From an uncultured Azonexus sp. (GTDB taxonomy: Bacteria > Pseudomonadota > Gammaproteobacteria > Burkholderiales > Rhodocyclaceae): a stretch of DNA of 30,000 nucleotides. This document shows positions 19,315 through 26,525 of this stretch, piece by piece. Every line of letters starts with the position of its first letter. The first letter of the stretch is position 1. The DNA is taken from the NCBI RefSeq assembly GCF_937982035.1, contig NZ_CALJNI010000015.1, positions 1 through 30,000 of the forward strand, in the 5' to 3' direction. The notes under the pieces were generated by a model, which was not told the origin of the DNA, did no database searches, and saw nothing but the letters and a program-made list of their open reading frames with translations. The position numbers and the translations under genes are program-made.

Positions 19315-19446
19315 GAAAGCTCCTGATTACAAAGACAAGAGCGGAAATTATAGGAAGGCGGCAGAACTTCGATTTGATACAACGCAAGCAAGGCTGCATT
19401 AGTTTTTTGTCTCATATCGGATTGCATAAAAAATCCCGCAAACCAA

Positions 19447-19464
19447 TCGCGCAATATTGCACGA
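19447..19464. promoter_or_regulatory. 18-bp near-perfect palindrome (candidate operator) overlapping the aceE -35 box
   Basis: TCGCGCAATATTGCACGA matches its own reverse complement at 16 of 18 positions. The core GCAATATTGC (19451-19460) is a perfect 10-bp palindrome. Related GCGCAA/TGCGAA words recur at about 19465-19470 and 19485-19491. Confidence 0.4.
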
Positions 19465-19485
19465 TGCGAATTTTGTTTTTACAAT
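19457..19485 (+). promoter_or_regulatory. Candidate sigma70 promoter of aceE-aceF-lpdA
   Basis: TTGCAC (19457-19462), a 17-nt spacer, then TACAAT (19480-19485). It sits in the AT-rich divergent region about 110 nt upstream of the aceE ATG. Confidence 0.45.
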
Positions 19486-19543
19486 GCGCAACAGAAACTA
19501 GGTGTAAACACGGGGTGTGATCCTCCGTGCAAAGCGTTAAAGT

Positions 19544-19566
19544 TGTCCTGCTGAGCCAGCAGGACA
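19544..19566 (+). promoter_or_regulatory. Perfect 10-bp stem-loop in the aceE 5' leader
   Basis: TGTCCTGCTG-agc-CAGCAGGACA, 28 nt upstream of the aceE ATG and just before the AGGAGA RBS. No U-tract follows, so it is not a canonical terminator. Function unknown. Confidence 0.4.
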
Positions 19567-19594
19567 GAATGAAAACCCACGTAGGAGACAAACC

Positions 19595-22264
19595 ATGGCC
19601 GACCAGCCGAACACCCTGCCCGCCGACCAGGACCCGCAGGAAACCCGGGAATGGATCGACGCACTCGAAGGCGTCATTAGCAACGAAGGCGCCGAACGCG
19701 CCCATTACCTGATCGAAACGCTGATCGGTCAGGCCCGCGAGGACGGTATCGACATCCCGTACTCCGCCAACACCGAATACATCAACACCATCCGCGCCGA
19801 CCAGCAGCCCAAGTACCCGGGCGATCCGGACATGGAGATCAAGATTCACTCCTACATCCGCTGGAACGCCATGGCCATGGTCGTGCGTGCCAACAAGCAC
19901 ACCAACGTCGGCGGCCACATCGCCTCCTTCGCCTCCGCCGCCGCGCTGTACGACGTCGGCTTCTCGCATTTCTGGCGCAGCATCAACGACCCGTCCGGCG
20001 GCGACCTGATCTTCTTCCAGGGCCACTCGGTGCCGGGCGTCTATTCGCGCGCCTTCATGCTCGGTCGCCTGACCGAAGAGCAGATGGACAACTTCCGCCA
20101 GGAAACCGACGGCAAGGGCATCTCGTCCTATCCGCACCCCTGGCTGATGCCGGACTTCTGGCAGTTCCCGACCGTCTCGATGGGCCTCGGCCCGATCCAG
20201 GCCATCTACCAGGCCCGCTTCATGAAGTACCTGGACTCGCGCGGTCTGGCCAAGGCCGGCGACCGCAAGGTGTGGGCCTTCCTCGGTGACGGCGAGACTG
20301 ACGAAGTCGAATCGCTCGGCGCCATCGGCATGGCCGGCCGCGAGAAGCTGGACAACCTGATCTTCGTCATCAACTGCAACCTGCAGCGCCTCGACGGTCC
20401 GGTGCGCGGCAACGGCAAGATCATCCAGGAACTCGAAGCCGAATTCCGCGGCGCCGGCTGGAACGTCATCAAGCTGATCTGGGGCACCCACTGGGACGCC
20501 CTGTTCAACCGCGACAAGAAGGGCATCCTCAAGAAGCGCATGATGGAACTGTGCGACGGCGAGTACCAGACCTTCAAGGCCAAGAACGGCGCCTACGTCC
20601 GCGAGCATTTCTTCAACACGCCGGAACTGCGCGAACTGGTCGCCGACTGGACCGACGACGACGTCTGGAACCTGAACCGCGGCGGCCACGACATCTTCAA
20701 GATATTCGCCGCCTACAACGCCGCCGTCACCCACAAGGGTGCGCCGACGCTGATCCTGGCCAAGACCATCAAGGGCTTCGGCATGGGCCAGGCCGGCGAG
20801 GCCATGAACATTTCCCACCAGCAGAAGAAGATGGACAAGGAGCAGATCGCCCGCTTCCGCGACCGCTTCGGCCTGCCGGTGCCGGACGACAAGCTGGAGG
20901 AACTGCCTTACCTGAAGTTCCCGGAAGACTCGGCCGAGTACAAGTACATGCAGGCGCGCCGCGCCGCGCTCGGCGGCTACCTGCCGCAACGCCGCCGCAA
21001 GGCCGAGCCGCTGGCGGTGCCGTCGCTCGACGCGTTCACCGCCCTGCTCAAGGCTTCCGGCGAAGGCCGCGAACTGTCGACGACGATGGCCATCGTGCGC
21101 ATCATGAACATGCTGCTCAAGGACAAGAATGTCGGCAAGAACGTCGTCCCCATCGTCCCGGACGAGTCGCGCACCTTCGGCATGGAAGGCATGTTCCGCG
21201 CCGTCGGCATCTGGAACCAGGAAGGCCAGAACTACGTTCCGGAAGACCACGACCAGCTGATGTTCTACAAGGAGTCGAAGACCGGCCAGGTGCTGCAGGA
21301 AGGCATCAACGAAGCCGGTGCGATGAGCGACTGGATCGCCGCCGCCACGTCGTACTCGGTGCATAACGTCCAGACCATTCCGTTCTACATCTGCTATTCG
21401 ATGTTCGGCCTGCAGCGCACGCTGGACCTGTGCTGGGCTGCCGGCGACCAACGCGCCCGCGGCTTCCTGATCGGCGGCACCGCCGGCCGCACCACGCTGA
21501 ACGGCGAAGGCCTGCAGCACGAAGACGGCCACAGCCTGATCCTGTCGCAACTGATCCCGAACTGCATTTCCTACGACCCGACCTTCCAGTACGAAGTCGC
21601 CGTGATCGCCCAGGACGGCATGCGCCGCATGTTCCAGGAACAGGAAGACGTGTTCTATTACCTGACGGTGATGAACGAGAACTACGAGCACCCGGAAATG
21701 CCGGCCGGCGCCGAAGCCGACATCATCAAGGGCATGTATTCGTTCAAGCAGGGCGGCGATTCGGCCGGCCCGCGCGTGCAACTGCTCGGTTCCGGCACCA
21801 TCTTCCGCGAAGTCATCGCCGCCGCCGAACTGCTCAAGCAGGACTGGGGCGTCGAGGCCGACATCTGGGGTTGCCCGAGCTTCAACGAACTGGCCCGCAA
21901 CGGTCAGGACGTCGCCCGCTGGAACCTGCTGCATCCGCTGGAAGAGCCGAAGCTGTCGCACGTCGAGCAGAAGCTGGCTGGCGCCAAGGGACCGGTCGTC
22001 GCTGCTACCGACTACATCCGGATGTTCGCAGAGCAGATTCGGCCCTTCGTCAAGGCGCCGTACGTCACGCTGGGCACCGACGGCTTCGGTCGCTCCGACA
22101 CCCGCGAGAAGCTGCGTCATTTCTTCGAGGTCGACCGTCACTGGGTGACGCTGGCTGCCCTCAAGGCGCTGGCCGACAACGGCGAGATCGCCCGTGAAAA
22201 GGTCGCGGCCGCGCTGGTCAAGTACAACCTGGATCCGGCCAAGCCGAATCCGATGTCGGTTTAA
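19595..22264 (+). CDS. aceE: Pyruvate dehydrogenase E1 component (homodimeric type)
   Basis: 889-aa ORF with an AGGAGA RBS. Starts MADQPNTLPADQDPQETREWIDALEGVISNEGAERAHYLIETLI.. Also ..GGHIASFASAAALYDVGFSHFW.. and ..GDGETDEVESLGAI.. (TPP-binding GDG motif). Confidence 0.96.
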   Translation: MADQPNTLPADQDPQETREWIDALEGVISNEGAERAHYLIETLIGQAREDGIDIPYSANTEYINTIRADQQPKYPGDPDMEIKIHSYIRWNAMAMVVRANKHTNVGGHIASFASAAALYDVGFSHFWRSINDPSGGDLIFFQGHSVPGVYSRAFMLGRLTEEQMDNFRQETDGKGISSYPHPWLMPDFWQFPTVSMGLGPIQAIYQARFMKYLDSRGLAKAGDRKVWAFLGDGETDEVESLGAIGMAGREKLDNLIFVINCNLQRLDGPVRGNGKIIQELEAEFRGAGWNVIKLIWGTHWDALFNRDKKGILKKRMMELCDGEYQTFKAKNGAYVREHFFNTPELRELVADWTDDDVWNLNRGGHDIFKIFAAYNAAVTHKGAPTLILAKTIKGFGMGQAGEAMNISHQQKKMDKEQIARFRDRFGLPVPDDKLEELPYLKFPEDSAEYKYMQARRAALGGYLPQRRRKAEPLAVPSLDAFTALLKASGEGRELSTTMAIVRIMNMLLKDKNVGKNVVPIVPDESRTFGMEGMFRAVGIWNQEGQNYVPEDHDQLMFYKESKTGQVLQEGINEAGAMSDWIAAATSYSVHNVQTIPFYICYSMFGLQRTLDLCWAAGDQRARGFLIGGTAGRTTLNGEGLQHEDGHSLILSQLIPNCISYDPTFQYEVAVIAQDGMRRMFQEQEDVFYYLTVMNENYEHPEMPAGAEADIIKGMYSFKQGGDSAGPRVQLLGSGTIFREVIAAAELLKQDWGVEADIWGCPSFNELARNGQDVARWNLLHPLEEPKLSHVEQKLAGAKGPVVAATDYIRMFAEQIRPFVKAPYVTLGTDGFGRSDTREKLRHFFEVDRHWVTLAALKALADNGEIAREKVAAALVKYNLDPAKPNPMSV

Positions 22265-22279
22265 GAAGGGAGCGACGAC

Positions 22280-23911
22280 ATGAGCCAGATCATTGAAGTC
22301 AAGGTTCCCGATATCGGTGATTTCGACGAAGTCCCGGTCATCGAACTGTTCGTCAAAGTCGGCGACACGATCAATGTCGACGACGCCATCGTCACCCTCG
22401 AATCCGACAAGGCCACCATGGATGTGCCGAGCACGGTTGCCGGCACGGTCAAGGAAGTGCTGGTGCAAGTCGGTTCCAAGGTGGCCGAAGGCGCCCTGCT
22501 GATCAAGGTCGAAGCTGGCGCGGCTGCCGCTGTTGAAGCGGCTCCCGCCCCCGCTGCGACACCGGCCCCCGCCGCTGCGCCGGCCGCTCCGGCGGCTGCA
22601 CCTGCCCCGGCTGCCGCCGGCGGCCTGGTCGAGGTCAAGGTGCCGGATATCGGCGATTTTGCGGAGGTCCCGGTTATCGAGTTGTACGTCAAGGTTGGCG
22701 ACAGCATCAAGATCGACGATGCGATCGCCACGCTCGAATCCGATAAGGCGACGATGGATGTTCCGTCCACCGTCGCCGGCACGGTCAAGGAAGTGCTGGT
22801 CCAGATTGGCTCCAAGGTCGGCGAAGGCACGGTCCTGATCAAGGTCGAAACCGGTGCCGGCGCAGCTGCCCCGGCTGCCGCGGCGCAAGCTGCCACGCCG
22901 GCGCCAGTTGCTGCACCGGTTGCCGCAGCACCCGCTGCCGCACCGGCCGCCGCGCCCGTCGCACTGGCCCCGGCCCTGCCGGTCGGCGGCAAGGTGCACG
23001 CCTCGCCATCGGTTCGCGCCTATGCCCGCGAGCTCGGCGTCGACCTGACCAAGGTCAGCGCTTCCGGGCCCAAGGGTCGTATCGTCAAGGAAGACCTGAC
23101 CAAGTACGTCAAGGGCGTGATGTCCGGCGCCACTGCCGCCCCGGCGGCTGCCGCCGGCGCCAGCCTGGGTGGCGGGCTCGACCTGCTGCCCTGGCCGAAG
23201 GTCGATTTCAGCAAGTTCGGCGAGATCGAGGTCAAGCCGCTGTCGCGGATCAAGAAGATTTCCGGCCAGAACCTGTCGCGCAACTGGGTCATGATTCCGG
23301 CCGTGACCTATCACGAAGACGCCGACATCACCGACCTGGAAGCCTTCCGCGTCCTGCTCAACAAGGAAAACGAGAAGGGCAGCGGCGCCAAGCTGACCAT
23401 GCTGGCCTTCCTGGTCAAGGCCTGCGTCAAGGCACTGGAGAAGTTCCCCGAGTTCAACGCCTCGCTCGACGGCGACAATCTGGTGCTGAAGAAGTACTTC
23501 AACATCGGCTTCGCTGCCGACACGCCGAACGGTCTGGTCGTGCCGGTGATCAAGAACGCCGACAAGAAGTCGGTGTTCGAGATCGCCCAGGAATCCGGCG
23601 ACCTCGCCAAGCAGGCCCGTGACGGCAAGCTCAAGCCGGCCGACATGCAGGGCGCCTGCTTCACCATCTCGTCGCTCGGCGGCATCGGCGGCACCTACTT
23701 CGCGCCGATTGTGAACGCCCCGGAAGTCGCCATCCTCGGCGTCAACAAGTCGACGATGAAGCCGGTCTGGGACGGCAAGCAATTCGTGCCGCGCCTGACC
23801 CTGCCGCTGTCGCTGACCGCCGACCACCGCGTCATCGACGGCGCGCTGGCGACCCGCTTCAACGTCTATATCGCACAACTGCTGGCCGACTTCCGTCGCG
23901 TCGCGCTGTAA
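22280..23911 (+). CDS. aceF: Dihydrolipoyllysine-residue acetyltransferase, E2 of the pyruvate dehydrogenase complex (two lipoyl domains)
   Basis: 543-aa ORF. Two lipoyl modules carry ..TLESDKATMDVP... Ala/Pro linkers separate them. E3-binding domain VHASPSVRAYARELGVDLTKVSASGPKGRIVKEDL. The catalytic domain ends ..LSLTADHRVIDGALATRF... Confidence 0.96.
   Translation: MSQIIEVKVPDIGDFDEVPVIELFVKVGDTINVDDAIVTLESDKATMDVPSTVAGTVKEVLVQVGSKVAEGALLIKVEAGAAAAVEAAPAPAATPAPAAAPAAPAAAPAPAAAGGLVEVKVPDIGDFAEVPVIELYVKVGDSIKIDDAIATLESDKATMDVPSTVAGTVKEVLVQIGSKVGEGTVLIKVETGAGAAAPAAAAQAATPAPVAAPVAAAPAAAPAAAPVALAPALPVGGKVHASPSVRAYARELGVDLTKVSASGPKGRIVKEDLTKYVKGVMSGATAAPAAAAGASLGGGLDLLPWPKVDFSKFGEIEVKPLSRIKKISGQNLSRNWVMIPAVTYHEDADITDLEAFRVLLNKENEKGSGAKLTMLAFLVKACVKALEKFPEFNASLDGDNLVLKKYFNIGFAADTPNGLVVPVIKNADKKSVFEIAQESGDLAKQARDGKLKPADMQGACFTISSLGGIGGTYFAPIVNAPEVAILGVNKSTMKPVWDGKQFVPRLTLPLSLTADHRVIDGALATRFNVYIAQLLADFRRVAL
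22295..22513 (+). repeat. Lipoyl-domain module copy 1 (aceF)
   Basis: Encodes EVKVPDIGDFDEVPVIELFVKVGDTINVDDAIVTLESDKATMDVPSTVAGTVKEVLVQVGSKVAEGALLIKVE. It shares an exact 26-nt block GCCGGCACGGTCAAGGAAGTGCTGGT (22439-22464) with the other two copies. Confidence 0.9.
22631..22849 (+). repeat. Lipoyl-domain module copy 2 (aceF)
   Basis: Encodes EVKVPDIGDFAEVPVIELYVKVGDSIKIDDAIATLESDKATMDVPSTVAGTVKEVLVQIGSKVGEGTVLIKVE. The exact 26-nt block lies at 22775-22800. Confidence 0.9.
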
Positions 23912-23923
23912 GGGGGAATGACC

Positions 23924-25693
23924 ATGAGCAATCTGGTTGAAGTGAAAGTCCCGGACATCGGCGATTTCGACAGCGTGCCGGTCATCGACCTGTTCGTGAA
24001 GGTCGGCGACACGATCAAGGTGGACGACGCTATCGTCACCCTGGAATCGGACAAGGCCACCATGGACGTACCGTCCACGGTCGCCGGCACGGTCAAGGAA
24101 GTGCTGGTGCAGGTCGGTTCCAAGGTCAGCGAAGGTGCGCTGCTGATCAAGGTCGAGGCCGGTGCAGCCACCGCCGCCAGCGCCCCGGCGCCGGCCGCGG
24201 CAACCCCGGCAGCGGCCCCCATGGCCGCACCGGCTGCCGCCAGCCACGGCGGCAGCGCCGACATCGAGTGCGAGATGCTCGTCCTCGGCGCCGGCCCCGG
24301 CGGCTATTCCGCCGCTTTCCGTTCGGCCGATCTGGGCATGAAGACGGTCATCGTCGAACGCTATTCGACGCTCGGCGGTGTCTGCCTGAACGTCGGCTGC
24401 ATCCCGTCCAAGGCACTGCTGCACGTCACCGCCGTCATGGACGAAACCAGCCACCTGGCCGACGCCGGTGTCACTTTCGCCGCGCCGCAGGTCGATATCG
24501 ACAAGCTGCGCGCACACAAGGACAAGGTCGTCGGCAAGCTGACCGGCGGTCTGGCCGGCATGGCCAAGGGGCGCAAGGTCGACATCGTGCGCGGCTACGG
24601 CCATTTCCTCGACCCGCATCACCTTGAAGTCGAGGAAACCACCGGCAGCGGCCAGGACAAGACCGGCAGCAAGAAGGTCATCAAGTTCCAGAAGTGCATC
24701 ATCGCCGCCGGTTCGGCAGCGGTGCATCTGCCCTTCATCCCGCGCGACCCGCGCATCGTCGATTCGACCGGCGCGCTGGAACTGCGCTTCGTGCCGGAGA
24801 AGATGCTGGTCATCGGCGGCGGCATCATCGGCCTGGAAATGGCCACCGTCTATTCAACGCTGGGCGCCAGGGTCGATGTCGTCGAAATGGGCGACGCGCT
24901 GATGCAGGGCCCGGACCGCGATGCGGTCAAGGTCTGGGAAAAGCAGAACCTGTCGCGCTTCGACAAGATCATGCTGAAGACCAAGACAGTCGCGGTCGAC
25001 GCCAAGGACGACGGCCTCTGGGTCAAGTTCGAGGGCGAAGGCGCGCCAGCCGAAGCGGTCAGGTACGACCTGATCCTGCAAGCGGCAGGCCGCTCGCCGA
25101 ACGGCAAGAAGTTCGCCGCCGACAAGGCCGGCGTGATTGTCGACGAGCGCGGTTTCATCCCGGTCGACAAGCAGATGCGGACCAATGTCCCGCACATCTT
25201 CGCCATCGGCGATCTGGTCGGCCAGCCGATGCTGGCGCACAAGGCGGTGCATGAAGCGCACGTCGCCGCCGAAGTCGCCGCCGGCCACAAGGCCGCTTTC
25301 GACGCCCAGGTCATCCCCGGCGTGGCGTATACCCATCCGGAAGTGGCGTGGGTCGGCTACACCGAGGATCAGGCGAAGAAGGAAGGCCGCAAGGTCGAAA
25401 CCGCCAAGTTCCCCTGGGCGGCCAGCGGTCGCGCCATCGCCAACGGCGCCGACTACGGCTTCACCAAGCTGATCTTCGATGCCGAAACGCACCGCGTCAT
25501 CGGCGGCGCCATCGTCGGCCCGTCGGCCGGCGACATGATCGGCGAAGTCTGCCTGGCGATCGAGATGGGCTGCGACGCCGTCGACATCGGCAAGACCATC
25601 CACCCGCATCCCACCCTGGGCGAAACCGTCGGCATGGCCGCCGAAGTTGCCCACGGCTCCTGCACGGACGTTCCCGCGCCGCGCAAGAAGTAA
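23924..25693 (+). CDS. lpdA: Dihydrolipoyl dehydrogenase (E3) with a fused N-terminal lipoyl domain
   Basis: The ORF track starts at 23918 (MTMSNL..). I prefer ATG 23924 because the GGGGGA RBS then sits 6 nt upstream, and the product MSNLVEVKV.. parallels aceF MSQIIEVKV... A lipoyl domain and Ala/Pro linker precede the FAD fold ..MLVLGAGPGGYSAAFRSADLG... The redox disulfide is GGVCLNVGCIPSKALLH. Confidence 0.93.
   Translation: MSNLVEVKVPDIGDFDSVPVIDLFVKVGDTIKVDDAIVTLESDKATMDVPSTVAGTVKEVLVQVGSKVSEGALLIKVEAGAATAASAPAPAAATPAAAPMAAPAAASHGGSADIECEMLVLGAGPGGYSAAFRSADLGMKTVIVERYSTLGGVCLNVGCIPSKALLHVTAVMDETSHLADAGVTFAAPQVDIDKLRAHKDKVVGKLTGGLAGMAKGRKVDIVRGYGHFLDPHHLEVEETTGSGQDKTGSKKVIKFQKCIIAAGSAAVHLPFIPRDPRIVDSTGALELRFVPEKMLVIGGGIIGLEMATVYSTLGARVDVVEMGDALMQGPDRDAVKVWEKQNLSRFDKIMLKTKTVAVDAKDDGLWVKFEGEGAPAEAVRYDLILQAAGRSPNGKKFAADKAGVIVDERGFIPVDKQMRTNVPHIFAIGDLVGQPMLAHKAVHEAHVAAEVAAGHKAAFDAQVIPGVAYTHPEVAWVGYTEDQAKKEGRKVETAKFPWAASGRAIANGADYGFTKLIFDAETHRVIGGAIVGPSAGDMIGEVCLAIEMGCDAVDIGKTIHPHPTLGETVGMAAEVAHGSCTDVPAPRKK
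23939..24157 (+). repeat. Lipoyl-domain module copy 3 (N-terminus of lpdA)
   Basis: Encodes EVKVPDIGDFDSVPVIDLFVKVGDTIKVDDAIVTLESDKATMDVPSTVAGTVKEVLVQVGSKVSEGALLIKVE. The exact 26-nt block lies at 24083-24108. Confidence 0.9.
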
Positions 25694-25709
25694 GGTCCTC
25701 TGCGTTACG

Positions 25710-26525
25710 CTAAGTTGTTGTATTAGCGTTCGTCTTCGGCGACGGCTCACCCCGTCGCCTTTTTTTTGTGTTGTCGCGGCAACTGGACGTTTCACAGGGT
25801 TGAGCCAGCGAAAGCCACAGGTGATGAACCGTAATCATGCCTGCTGGCGTCGAACCACCCTGCAGGCAGAACATTCGTTCATGTGTTGACTGATAGACCG
25901 GATCGCCCGAGGCCGTTGGGATTAGCGCTTGAAGCATGCCATGTAGCGCTAACTCAGTGGCAAGCTGAGCATCGCTCAAGCATGTCGCCAACCCACCCGG
26001 CAGCGAGCAAATATTACGCACGTAGCCAACCATCATGGACCTGTCCACCGCCCAAGCATAATCGCCGTTTACGAAGCGGATCAAACCCGCTCGGCAATAA
26101 ATGCTCGGTAAGGGATGGATGCTGTCGATCGGTTTGCATTCGATGAAGATGGCTGCTGGAACCGAATTGGCTGTCGGAATCTGGCCGCGCAGGGGGCGAA
26201 AGGCAAGATCGGGCTGTTTATCCAGATGCCGGCCATCAAAATTCCGCATGTTTCCCTCTCTGACAGAGGTTTCGAATTTCGATAATCCGGGAATAGCCGC
26301 TTCGCCGGCGGCATGAAACTCCCCAAGAATCATGTAAAGGCGCTCGGTAATTTCGTCCTCGGTTGCGGCACATATCGAGAAAGTGCCGGCCTGCACTTCT
26401 TGCTGCAAGAGCCGCCAGGCCATGGAGAGGGCATTCTGAACAACGACAAGCAGGGATGGAGCAATCTGTGCGGGAGAGTCTGGGGCTGCTGGTCGCGACC
26501 AGTTCCGGGTCATCAGGCCACTCAT
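25710..26525 (-). CDS. PD-(D/E)xK-type nuclease-like protein (putative restriction or effector nuclease of the cassette)
   Basis: 271-aa ORF whose ATG overlaps the stop of the upstream methyltransferase (ATGA at 26522-26525). The signature order is an acidic helix TEDEITERLY (E56-E61), then KQPD106LAF, then AAIFIE129CK131PID. This gives E...PD-x22-ExK with hydrophobic beta-strand context. Low GC relative to the core. The last roughly 25 codons (..KKRRRGEPSPKTNANTTT) are read from the antisense of the lpdA terminator. Confidence 0.65.
   Translation of the reverse strand: MSGLMTRNWSRPAAPDSPAQIAPSLLVVVQNALSMAWRLLQQEVQAGTFSICAATEDEITERLYMILGEFHAAGEAAIPGLSKFETSVREGNMRNFDGRHLDKQPDLAFRPLRGQIPTANSVPAAIFIECKPIDSIHPLPSIYCRAGLIRFVNGDYAWAVDRSMMVGYVRNICSLPGGLATCLSDAQLATELALHGMLQALIPTASGDPVYQSTHERMFCLQGGSTPAGMITVHHLWLSLAQPCETSSCRDNTKKRRRGEPSPKTNANTTT
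25738..25767 (+). terminator. Rho-independent terminator of the aceE-aceF-lpdA operon
   Basis: GGCGACGG-ctcacc-CCGTCGCC forms an 8-bp stem followed by eight T residues (25760-25767), 45 nt after the lpdA stop. Confidence 0.85.

Noticed and set aside
14342-19326. Plus-strand ORFs 14342..15961 (539 aa), 15595..16539, 16167..16976 and 17434..19326 (630 aa)
   Set aside because: They are antisense to purK, purE, folD and iorA, all of which have diagnostic motifs. They are shadow ORFs.
19442-19447. ACCAAT upstream of aceE as a PdhR box
   Set aside because: Only one half-site of the E. coli PdhR consensus (ATTGGT-n3-ACCAAT) is present. The adjacent GCAATATTGC palindrome is a different motif.
22514-22630. 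GCN/CCG-rich repetitive stretch (also 22850-22985 and 24158-24245) that could be mistaken for a tandem repeat or CRISPR-like array
   Set aside because: These stretches encode the Ala/Pro-rich flexible linkers between lipoyl, E3-binding and catalytic domains. They have no regular repeat-spacer periodicity.
19412-24727. 1771-aa minus-strand ORF spanning the whole aceE-aceF-lpdA region
   Set aside because: It lies antisense to three strongly recognisable genes. Its translation is low-complexity (G/A/D/R/V-rich) with no recognisable motif. It is a typical stop-codon-poor shadow ORF of high-GC DNA.
24854-25795. 313-aa minus-strand ORF opposite lpdA that reaches into the terminator region
   Set aside because: It is antisense to the FAD/NAD domains of lpdA, has no motifs, and has the GC-rich shadow-frame composition.
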